The position numbers and the translations under genes are program-made. Under the pieces are notes generated by a model. That model saw only the letters and a program-made list of their open reading frames with translations. It did no database searches and had not been told where the DNA came from. A stretch of DNA of 63,854 bases, counting the filler, from Lenisia limosa (Eukaryota > Protista > Breviatea), in assembly GCA_001655205.1 (NCBI GenBank). It is 7 parts of 7 records of this genome, joined end to end, with 100 filler letters (N's around TTAATTAATTAA, not from the genome) between each part and the next. Parts side by side here need not be neighbours in the genome. Positions count along the whole stretch, not along the records: positions 21,241 to 37,169 come from LPNZ01010219.1; 6 more parts are not named here. The stretch is one strand, 5' to 3'. Each line of letters begins with the position of its first letter. Position 1 is the stretch's first letter. Positions 26,100 through 37,269 of this stretch are shown in pieces.

Positions 26100-27700
26100 A
26101 ATTAATATAAGTGTCGCCCCTGTCCCCTGCTAGTTTCCGGAGTATAATTTTTTGCTGTCAATCCTTACTCCTGACTGTTTAGGACATTTCTTCCAAGAAG
26201 CCACATCGACTTTATCATAGAGGTGGACAGACAAGAGTCGAAGCTCTACCCCCATCCATATTACAGACTCTTTCTAAAGATTTAATTTTGAATTTGTTCG
26301 GTCTTGCAACCAATACTACAGAGATAGTAGAAGACAACTTGGCATCCTGAATGGTGTTTGGTCGGGGGTCATTGTAAATGGCCCTCCTTTTCCAAGAAGT
26401 TCAAGCATTAAAGGTTTGAACAGTTTCCTCGATGTCGACTCGATCTAGTGACTCGACAATCTTTTTCTTAGTCCCCAATGTTGTATTATGCACCGCCTTG
26501 GACTGACTGATTTGGGTTGGGGGTTCTTCCATTTCACAGTGCGTACCACAAAGTCGATTCCTTTAGAATTTCTAGCTGCTCGAATTATGTTTGTTAGAAT
26601 CCCCAACTGCCGCCCTCTTTATCGCATAAAGAAAATGGAACGAGCAAAAGCGAATGAATAAGGTCGAGGTACGAAGGCCTGAAGGTCTGCTGAAGTCTTT
26701 AGCCAACTCCTTCATACTAAATTATCCTGTCTGTATTGAAGGGATTTCACTGTCAAACTGTGTTAAAAGTGATGCGGCAGCCCTCACACCTTGTTGTTGC
26801 GCATCTTCGAAGTCAACATGAAGTTGGTCGATGAGAAAGCGTGACTCTTTTTCATCTGGAAGGCGAACTTGTTTCTGTACTTGATTGTAACCCAGGCGTA
26901 CAACGAGCTGTCCTTAAAAACATTGAAGGCGCGAAAAAGTCTTCACCAGAGGTTGTAGCAAGTTGTCGGAAACAGGGTGCAGTTAGGGAACAGCCCAACT
27001 CCAGTGAATTCCAACACCTTAATATTCTTTGGGAGCAAGATTTTACGTTCATCCAGGTGGCATTTTTGGTAAGCAACAGTATTTGCTGTGACCCTTACGT
27101 TAAAAGTGTCAATTGAAGGAGTTGATTTCGGTAAAGAAAAATTCACCGGTGTATTAACAAGCGAGGAAGCAGTGGGCTTAGCGCCTGATTGATGTCGCAA
27201 CAGATTTCCAGCAACAGTGTGACTGATCTGAGAATTGAACCTTTTCTTAAACGGAAGAGGGTGACAGTGTGTATCACAGACAGGGCATGAAGATGGTGTT
27301 GCCTTAGTATATAAGAATAAACCGGCGACACATCAAACCTTCTCCCATTTCCAAGGGATGGTGACGTGGTGTACTTTCCTCTGTTTTGGAACTGCGGCAT
27401 GTTGAACAGGATGTGACGTCAGCACCACACAGCCGACGTGGTCGTCAAATGGGGAATAGCTGATAGTTTGTTATAATATACACATATTTTCTGATTCCGA
27501 AAGATGAGGTTGATGGTCGAAATCGGAGAGCCAGTCACACCAGGTGGCGGACAGCCGTTCTTCTTGTCCTCCATGACATCAGGGTCTAAGAGGGGTGAAA
27601 ATCTACGTACGCATCCTCTTGTTGACTGGGGAGGAAAGCGCCTCTCGATGAGCATCCCGCAGAAGGTCTCTTAGCGTGAAACATCTTGGCGAATTATTAT
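26100..27700 (-). CDS. Multi-exon hypothetical gene with short introns (may continue upstream through exons at ~28050-29700)
   Basis: Phase-consistent exons ERLSATWCDWLSDFDHQPHLSESEN|YSPFDDHVGCVVLT...WKWEK|ATPSSCPVCDTHCHP...; RLQKQVRLPDEKESRFLIDQLHVDFEDAQQQ. Confidence 0.45.
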
Positions 27701-28629
27701 TTTTTAAAAAACTAAACAGGTGGGGGGAGGAGTAACACAATATTAAGGATGATGATTAACGCTTTGTTTTTCATACAGTGTATAGAATGGGGGGGTCCCA
27801 TTTTTGAAGAAATTGTTGTTCAGGAAGTACACGTCACCAAATTAGAATTATTCTGTTTTTAAAAGAATTGTTTAAAAACGTGGAAGAGCGTCAAGGTAGC
27901 AAACATTGTTCCTCCAAGTGAGTGCAGTTCGCTAAACAGTCAACAAAATAAGCTGCCTACGGTGTCACGTGAAGTCGGTACCAATCAAGAACAGGCTGAA
28001 TTTCCTCACCTACATGAGTCTAGTTGATTTTGAAACATAAATTTGAATATTGAGGGGCAACAAACTAAGTCGCCGCATGGAGGGTCTTCGGTGCCCCAGA
28101 CCATTGGCAAGGGCGGTAGTTGGTGGGAAGAGTCCCGTTCCGTGGCTCTGGTTGCCTGTTCCCATTTCTGAAAATCCTTAAATAGTAAGTAATTTAGAAA
28201 GTGATGCCTACCACATGACTGTCATCTGGCAGAGGACTACCAGCAACCCAAGTTGACAAGACCTAGCTTTGTCTAAATGATCGTTGAGTTGAAGCAGAAG
28301 TGTTTTTTTAAAAAAATGGAACCAATTAAAGTTGGATTCCAGGAGCAGCATAGAGTTCAACGATAAAACAAACTGTGAACAAAGAAATGGGTTAACAATT
28401 AATAAACAAATAAGAAAACAATAAAGGGGAGTGAGAAAGGAATAATTTGGTCATATGAGCCCTCTAGGGAAGTAAAATAATAGAAGACAAACCTTCGATT
28501 GAAGCAATCAAATAAATACATTCTAAGAAAAAAACAGAACTCAAGACAGTTGAACTCATAGCTGATCCAAGGGAATGCATAATATAAGTATTTTTTTTTG
28601 TATAATACACAGATTGGCCACATTGGAGG

Positions 28630-29690
28630 CCCTAAGACCCCAAAGGAAGGAGAGGGATATCATTAACTAAACCAATCAATAAACAATAAACCCTTGGACT
28701 ATTTAGAATTTCAATCCTACTGCCATCATGCTTGGTGAGAGCATCAGTTGTTTGGAGGTGGGCCAGGATGCCACGCGCTTGGTTGAAGGTCATCACATTC
28801 TTCGACCGCTTCACCTAATATGTGATTTAACCCCCCCCCCCNNNNNNNNNNNNNNNNNNNNNNNNNNNNNNNNNNNNNNNNNNNNNNNNNNNNNNNNNNN
28901 NNNNNNNNNNNNNNNCGGCCTCCTTCATTGCCTTGTCAGCAGCTTGATTGCAAACGTCTTGAACTTCGATGTTGGCATCAAGATTCTTCAAAAGGTAAAA
29001 TATCAAAGAAACCCCAACCAAGATAAAACAATTCTAATACCAATTTCTGATAGAATACGGCCAAGAGAGAGGAAAGAGCCAAATATAATGAAAACTGTGC
29101 AAATTTTAGAAGAGTCAAAATCTGCACACTTTCCTCTATTTTACAGAAATCCCAAATCCTTTGCCAACTACCCAACCTACACTATTCTCTATGCTAGTTG
29201 ACGCTATTTAGAGGTCTCAAAAAAGGTGAATATCAAGAAAAGTTGACAAGATTTTTCTACTGGCAGCGGTTTATTTCATAAAATGTGAGCGTCTACGCTC
29301 ACTTAGGTCTTACAGTGTAAATACTGATTAAAGAGACTATCAAGGTCATCCCATTAAACTGGACTCCTTTTCTCTGAAACTTTTGTTAAACTAACTCTCA
29401 TAGGAAATCGGTGTTGTCACTTTACACCTTGCGATTTTCTTCTTTGATTTTCGTCATCATCAATTCCTTAGACGTTTCCACGTCTACCTCCAACGCTGCC
29501 GTCAGTCGCGGTCTCCGCGGTCGTAGTCGCGTCGGTACGTAGGCGGGGACGGACCGCGTGATGGGGTTTGCTGCGAGCGGTAATAACATCGGCAAACAAA
29601 CGAGCCATCTTCTTTGCCGCAAGAGAGGCCTTCAGACATTCCAACGCCGTGTTCAAGAACGTTCGGATGGCTGTAGACTGGGCATTATCA
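28630..29690 (-). CDS. Hypothetical exons
   Basis: RVIKQASDNAQSTAIRTFLNTALECLKASLAAKK; DANIEVQDVCNQAADKAMKEA; VKRSKNVMTFNQARGILAHL. Gene structure unresolved. Confidence 0.35.
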
Positions 29691-30299
29691 GACGCCTGCT
29701 TGATGACTCTGGTGGTTAACCAATTTTATGATTTTGCACTACTTTTGACTGAAAAATCCGGGTTTGATTCGGAAAATGAAAAAGCGTTCGCGTTCATGTG
29801 AGTGTTCGCGTTCATGTATGGTCACCTATGTAGTATACATAACAGGGAATGTGAATACAAAATTATGCCAATAGTTTAAGTAATTATGGTTTTGGCAATA
29901 TTTCATGATAGTCCATAATTTGATCATCGATATCGGGGGGAGTCAAATTTGAAAATTTATGAAACAAAAAAAAGGGGGCAGCTCTGTTAGCTGAATTGTG
30001 TCTTGAAGATGATATCAGACTTTGACAAGGGTGGGATATGAAACGATATGATATATATTATGAGCAATATCAATAGTAATATTTTATATCATATGTACAT
30101 ATCGATATATAATATATAATATCATATAATATCCTTTGTTTCTGTGAGTGATATATCTACATATCATATAACATAGTCACTCATATATTTTTTTTTCACC
30201 ATCAATGGATCCTTGATGAAGCATTATTTATACTTGATTTCTAGTACTATCTATGGTCTGATAACTCTTGTACCCAAAATAAATAACTATGCCATTCCT

Positions 30300-30720
30300 T
30301 TTTGACCCACTTACAGGAGGATGAAGGTGGGGGGCACGCTTTCTGCGGTGCTAAAAATATTACAGTTATTGAGAAGACAATAAGAATTCGATACTTTTAC
30401 CCAGTTAACCTTTACTGGAGGAACTTTTGGAGTTGGAGCAGAAAGGGTGGAGAGAGGTGGAGGCATCGGGCCGGTAAACGTGATACAAAAACTCAATCTC
30501 TGAGTCAGTAAGCTCCTCAGTGTGGCTGAACTGGGCAGTGGTCGGGGCATAGCATTTCCTTGTGATGTAAGCCACAGCGGCGGTCAGACTCTGCCTAATA
30601 CATCCGATTTGCTTGACCTGTTCAGTGAGATCTGACCCCCCTCTTCCCACCATTATATTATTTGCAACAAGTTGTGCTTCAAAAGTCCACAAATAAAAAC
30701 CATGACATACTTGAAACTCG
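30300..30720 (-). CDS. Hypothetical exons
   Basis: Open, higher-GC minus-strand segments (ORFs 30405-30692 and 30311-30550). Confidence 0.3.
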
Positions 30721-31547
30721 GAGAGTAAGCCAAGACATGATATTACAAGAATCGGCTTGGGGATCTGTTGGGCATAAGGCCAACTAGTTTAAATCTTTCT
30801 CTAACCGCAATTCCCCCTCCCCCAAAGCGACTGGNNNNNNNNNNNNNNNNNNNNNNNNNNNNNNNNNNNNNNNNNNNNNNNNNNNNNNNNNNNNNNNNNN
30901 NNNNNNTCAGCAACAGCCAGTCTCACTTTAAAATAATCAGTCAAAGATATGAAAACAACACAAAGACAAAGGCTTACCACAGAAACTGCTGAAATTGTGC
31001 TTTATTACGTGGTTACGCAAGACAAACAGTGCGCTTTTGACGTGAGACTGGATTCTTCTCGGGGGGCTGAACTTCGGAGACACACCTTAAATTTTTACTA
31101 GAGAAAAGCGAGTTTTTGAGCTTTTAAATGTTAATACGAGGTAAAGCGACCGACTCTGTTCAAAAAAACCCTTGTTCTATTGTTACCTCTAATAACTAGG
31201 AATTATTAATCAAAAACCTGGGGTGGAAATAGTGAATTACCAAGTGTTGCATAGGTACATAAAACCATCATACCTTTCCGCGAGAGTCATTCATCGAGTC
31301 GTATCGCAGGCGTACGTCAGTAACCTGCTTCATCTTCAGACAAATACACCGCGCTTCTTCTCTACATAAAGGGCGTCCACCTTCTCGTACATGAACTCCA
31401 CCTGTTTTATGAGAGCAAACCACTTGAAAACACTTCTTGATAATATTACCAACTAGTGAATCATAAATTTCGTAACATGTTCTAATACTACTACTTTCAA
31501 TCCTTTCAATTTATCCAAATTTATCCATAATTTATCGCAACTTTAGG

Positions 31548-31573
31548 CTTTTTTGGAACCGAAGTAAAGTTCA
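31548..31573. mobile_element. MITE copy 4, single degenerate TIR only
   Basis: ttttttggaaccgaagtaaagttc matches the right TIR of the family. Confidence 0.5.
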
Positions 31574-32128
31574 GATTATCTTCCTTCTAAGCCTGAAACT
31601 ATGGTCCAATAATAACAATAACAAAACAACATATGATGCTAATAGGACTGCCCCAACAAACGGCCTCTGTGTCCTTGAGGTATGTCCGCTCGCCATCTTC
31701 CAAGTGTTATAAGATATCTAACATTACCTCCTGATAATAACTTGAATTAGGCCAGCGTCTACTTGAAGAAGATTTGTCAACATCTCCGCTGGCTCTGATG
31801 AACCTAAGGGCCGCCTTGATGACGTCCCACATGGCTACTGGTCCATCTGCCACACGTCGCAGCATCCTGGTTCTATTGAGATGACCAAAGAGCCGAGCGA
31901 AGGCTTTTGAGGTTTTGGGTCATGCATCTCAAAATTGCAATTTCACTGTTCTTCGAGCAGATGATATGCATGTAATGAGGTTCATATGCTCGCGATCCTA
32001 CATTAGGTCATTAATTGTTATTTTGAGTTTTAAAGCCGCAGAAACCAATTTTTAGCCCAGTTTTCATACCACATTCAATTTCTGGTTCGTAAGTGAAACA
32101 TTTACACCAATGTTATATAGGTTGGTGT

Positions 32129-32570
32129 TTAAAACCGCGAACATGATATAAACCGCGAACAAGAGTCAAATTCGCTTGATTTATTTACATCTTTTACCAT
32201 ATTTTCGCCCATTTATGGGTAATTTACGCTCATTTTTTGCCCAATTTGTCTCGTATTCTCTACTTTAATGCCTCTAGGTTACTCAAGAGTGGAAATAATC
32301 AAATCTGTGGTACAAGAACGTCTTTACTTTATGGCAGGGACAATTATAGGCCCATAATCAGTGTTTTTTATTTATTTCGCATGAAAAGTTGAAGTACCAT
32401 AAAGGTGGTACTCCTGCCTATTCTTATAAATAAAACCTTGTATAAAGGAGTGTTTCGGGCGATAATTTGCAAAAAATGCGAAAGAGGCGTAAATAAGGAG
32501 CGTATTGACTCAAAATTTGAAAGAAAAGCCTCCTTTTTTTTCGCGGTTTTAATCATGTTCGCGGTTTTAA
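32129..32570. mobile_element. ~440 bp non-autonomous TIR element with a doubled AAACCGCGAA motif in each TIR
   Basis: ttaaaaccgcgaacatgatataaaccgcgaa (32129) versus ttcgcggttttaatcatgttcgcggttttaa (to 32570). AT-rich, non-coding interior. Confidence 0.65.
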
Positions 32571-34272
32571 CTATATATGCACGCCCGGCTAAACCCTATA
32601 CAACCCTATAATTTTTTAAACAAACAAATTGAGATCCTTTTTTGACATTTTACAAACTTTTTAACCTGTTAAACCTCCAAAAAGGAAAAAAATAATAAAG
32701 ATGCAGGTTATACAAATCATTGTTTTTTTTTGTGTTACCCCCCCCCCCCNNNNNNNNNNNNNNNNNNNNNNNNNNNNNNNNNNNNNNNNNNNNNNNNNNN
32801 NNNNNNNNNNNNNNNNNNNNNNNNNNNNNNNNNNAAAAGTTATCAGCTATAAGACAAATCTCAAATATGAACCACAATCATTATTGGAAGAGATACATGT
32901 AAATGGTGTCATTAATTCGGAAAAGGTGTTGAGAATCCCTTGATTTGAAAAAAAAAATATGACGAAAAAAAAAAAGGAAAATATGATTAAATCCACAGTA
33001 AAAAATGACGTTTCAAAAATTCCCATGTGTATTTTATGAGATATATATCACGTCACTTTTTTTTATCATTTTCACACGTCTGAACTATCATTTTCCACGC
33101 AGTGATATGTTTTGCCATATCCCCGAGGGTCTGCGTCGAGGGGATATGAGCTATCATATACTACACGATGAAATATAAGAAATGTCATTGTGAGTGATCT
33201 CAAGCAAAAAGGTCGAAATTCGTCATATAAAAAACATTTCTTACAACAAAATTCAGTGAAGCAGAGCCAAGATGTCCAATATGATGTTTCAGTTTCCATA
33301 GCAAAGGCGACCTTAAAAAAGTGAAGCATTTTGCTCAATTTATCCGTAATTATGTAACAGTGTTTCTTTTCTGTTCTTTCTAAAAGATGAAGTCAGGTTT
33401 TGTTGCCAGTTAAAAAGGATTTACCTAATATGTAACTAATGTAAAGTGATGCAGTATTTATAGGTTTTTTTTACTTTTTTTTCCCCCTTCCTTTTTCTGC
33501 TTTCTCAAGTTAAACGATGGTTTTCCTCATTGGATCCTCTTACTGCATTGAATAAGAGAACTGGTGTTTTTTGAGCAAGATCTTGTTTAACAAGAAGGTT
33601 TGTTAGTGTATTTACTGTGCTGATTGACACTAATAGGTTCTTTACTTGTCAAAACGAAGGATTTCTTCTCTTACTGTTGAATGCTGGAAACTTGAAGTCA
33701 AAGACTGCTTCTTGGACGTTTACTAAGCTTTCTTATCAAAGAAATATCAGTTTTCAAAAAGTTTTGGGGTGATCAGTTTCTTCATGATATGTCGAAGGTG
33801 TGCCTGGGAATCGTTTTAGAAGATAGTTCAAGATGATTCATTCTTTTCTATTGATATTCTTTTTGGTTGATAGAGAGTTTCTTTAGAGAATGATCCACTG
33901 GTGCTTTTCAAGGATCTTATCAAGAGTATTCTAAAAGTTGCTGGGTTCCTCCTTTACTCTTCTTTTCTTTATTGTCCTTTGTAGTTCCTAGCACTATAAA
34001 CAAAATATAAGCAATTAATCATGATTTCAGGAGTTCAATTGCTCTCAACTTCCTCCGCAACTGATCGATCACGCTGAAGACCTGTCCTTCGGGGAGCATC
34101 ATCAATGGGGTTTTGGAAGGAATTGAAGTGTTTTTTGCACGTATATTTGTGTCGATTTTATATGAGAAATTGGGGTTTATGAACATTCCTTTCTGCCATT
34201 TGTGCAGCCGAAATGCTGCCATTTTCTTTCTGTGTCTGAACAACGCAAATAATGACTATTCACCCAAGATAA

Positions 34273-35332
34273 ATATCCACGAGTGATATGATCATATGAC
34301 CGACTTTCAAGTCGAAATGATGAAGGAAGATCACACTGTGGTTCATCCATTGAGACCAACATACTATAAGCATATATATCATATACTATCTATCACATTG
34401 TAAATTAACACTTGTGGTAAAAGTTTGGAATGGTATTCATGGAGTGCACACATGGGAGGTGAAATAAAACTTCTATAAGATACTTCCTTTCCCCCAATAC
34501 TTCCCACCTGACTTTTCGTCTTGTACTGAGTGGCCGAACTCGGACAAAGTAGTAATGGCTTGCTCCACTGTTGGCTTTCTTTGGGCTTTTACAGGGAGTT
34601 TTCATTACGCCTTTATATTGGGCTTTTCTAAGGCATTTGATGGGGTTACTGAGGGATTTTACTCTTCTTGTTATTGCACACAAATATTCTAACTTCCTTC
34701 TATGTGATACTGTGGTAAGGTGACACGTAATTGAGTGTGAAGAGGACAGCTACGCTGGCTTTTCTGGTCAGATCTCTCTGAGATCCGGACCAAAGCCCCA
34801 TAGAGCCCTATCATTTATTAATACAGTTGTTAGACATAAACACATTAGGTGGCACAATGGGGTTTGCGGAGGGAGGGATGTATATACAAACGAACATATA
34901 CAATACATACATACAAACATTGTATAAATGTACCTGTAGGACCCATTGTCGGCATAGTAGTAATATACCCCCCCCCCACAACATGCATTGATGCGCATTA
35001 TATGATCTCCTCCTGCTTGGAAGCCAGCAACTTGACCTGCCTTAACGAGGCAGATGCGAGATGAAATTAATTGGGGCTCTAAGAGGGCTTTACTTCGGTT
35101 CCAAAAAAAACGGAATTTTTCGAAAAATCCTCGAAAACTGGCGACATTTTACCGTTCTTTTTCATACCAAAGTGAAGCCCTAGCTCCAAGGGACAGTCTT
35201 GATCAATATCTTGAAGACATGATACCTCATATTTCAATGGTACTCAAAAACACTCGGGATTAAAACTCGTGTTATCTATGTTAATCATTTCGACTCAAAC
35301 GTCGGTCATATGATCATATCGCTAGTGGATAT
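34273..35332. repeat. 48 bp inverted repeat pair about 1 kb apart (34273-34320 and 35285-35332)
   Basis: atatccacgagtgatatgatcatatgaccgactttcaagtcgaaatga versus the reverse complement of tcatttcgactcaaacgtcggtcatatgatcatatcgctagtggatat. Confidence 0.75.
35083..35182. mobile_element. MITE copy 5
   Basis: agggctttacttcggttccaaaaaaaa...ttttcataccaaagtgaagcccta. Confidence 0.8.
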
Positions 35333-36241
35333 GGGTTAACATATGATGAATAAGAATACGATCTTCATAATAAATGCTCCCCCCCCCTAGGTTCTACAAC
35401 ACTTTTGATGACATCCCGCCAATAGAAGAAGGCAAAGACCAGGAAGCTGACGATACTACCCTCCAAGTCTTCAGATATCCCTATCAAGCTTACAATCAAG
35501 AACAAACTGACAAATCAAGACTTGTCAACTTTGAAAGGAAGAATGGTTTACTCTTGTTCATATGGCCAAACGAACGTGCAGTTGCAACCGCGAGTTTTAA
35601 GGTGGTGGTTCCATTGGAATTGTTCCATCTCTGACCATTTTGATACATTTTGAAATATTTTCAATTTTGGATAATTATCTCCTGAAATCAGTTGAAAGAG
35701 CCTCTCAGCGTTAAAGTAGTATAGTTAAACTGTACAAGAACATCTCTCTTTTGATGGGAATAAACATGGCGTCTTCCCTCTCTCTTGGGCTAAGCAAATG
35801 ATCATTCTGTTTCATTTATCTTACTGCTTCAGGACTGGTACCAGATTCTTGAGGACTTGATGACCTTCGACCATATCTGGACCCCGCGCGATCGCTTTGT
35901 CGCTTATCACTACCTCACTGTTGAGTTTTTTTGTATTGTTGGGGAGAAGTTTGTTTTGCCCTCTCCTGTTGTTTCTTATGTTAGTATTTTTTATGATAAC
36001 CACCTTGATACACCGTTTTATTTTATTTATACTACACAAGAGTGAGAAAGTGTGCTGTATTGTACATTGTAGAAATAGAATACCATAAAAGCCATAGAAA
36101 TATACAAAGAAACAACTCCATCAACACCATCGAGGCAGAAGGTTGGTGGATTCTAAGACACTATTTATCCCCCCCCTAACCTTGAGGAAAGAGAGTTGTT
36201 TTTTATTTTGTTTTTTTCATAAATTTCCATTTATCACTTGA

Positions 36242-36303
36242 TTTGTTGAGTTTCAGATTATTCGGTTCGTGATTAGTACATTTACGCAAATATTCATTGA
36301 AAT
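36242..36303 (+). repeat. Dispersed ~60 bp repeat, copy b
   Basis: gagtttcagattattcggttcgtgattagtacatttacgcaaatattcattgaaat. Confidence 0.75.
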
Positions 36304-36379
36304 CTTCTTTTTTTGAAACATCTGGTTATTACTTTCGCCCCAATAACTCATGTAGGTTTCTATGGCCAACTATTGCCCA

Positions 36380-37169
36380 CAGCATCATCGTATCATATCA
36401 TACAAATCACATCCACATACAGTAGCGTCAGGGCAGCTGAGCTTGCGCTTCTCGTCATATGTTGCAGCGGCATGCTCACCGATAGTGTTTCTTGGTGAAT
36501 TTTCTTGCCCTACATGCGATCTTTCTTTGTCGAAGGCGGTCTTGAGGTACTCTTTACGAGCTTAACTGGCGGTGAAGATGACGTCAAGCAGGGATTCGTT
36601 GACGTCGATGTTGACAATAGAGTACAAAAAATAAAAATAGACCACTATTTCTTCTTCTTGTTGTGTTTAGTGGTAGCCTTTGCCTTTGCTGCGCGTCGCT
36701 TGGCATTTGTTTTCAGTTCTTTGACACCCTCCACATTCTCAAAGAAAGGTTATTATAGTCAATACAAACTTTATAATGATGTGATATCAAAAATATACAA
36801 CTCTTGATGCAAACCTTTGGGCCACAGGAGAGGCCATGGGCAGAATCAATTCGCTTTTTGCGAAGTACAGTCTCCTAAGTCATCTTCGGCAGCAACGATT
36901 TCGCCTGGCTTCAGTGAAACAGCTCTCTCACCCTACTCATGTTATGATAAATCAATACTAAACACAAGAATGCTGAGGATAAGGAATTTGGGAAGAACAT
37001 GAGGATTGCGAATTATTCGACACATCAATATTTCTTCACACATCAACATTATTGCATACCTTGTTCACCGGGATAATCTCAAAGGATGGCAGTTCTTCAG
37101 TGACTGGATCAATTGCGACAGATTGGGTTATCGCGTTACAAACAGCTGAAGCATGCTCTGAAAGATGGC
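36380..37169 (-). CDS. Multi-exon hypothetical basic protein, 5' truncated
   Basis: Phase-0 joins give EELPSFEIIPVNK|GERAVSLKPGEI|ETVLRKKRIDSAHGLSCGPK|NVEGVKELKTNAKRRAAKAK. Confidence 0.5.
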
Positions 37170-37269
37170 NNNNNNNNNNNNNNNNNNNNNNNNNNNNNNN
37201 NNNNNNNNNNNNNTTAATTAATTAANNNNNNNNNNNNNNNNNNNNNNNNNNNNNNNNNNNNNNNNNNNN
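37170..37269. other. Artificial contig-joining spacer
   Basis: N44-TTAATTAATTAA-N44. Confidence 0.95.

Noticed and set aside
1266-32749. TAAC(C)n runs as interstitial telomeric repeats
   Set aside because: They are single homopolymer runs with no repeated telomeric unit, better explained as intronic branch point plus C-tract, or G-runs on the other strand.
33080-33960. Possible decayed transposase or pseudogene
   Set aside because: Multiple stops in all frames and no recognisable catalytic motif; cannot be supported.
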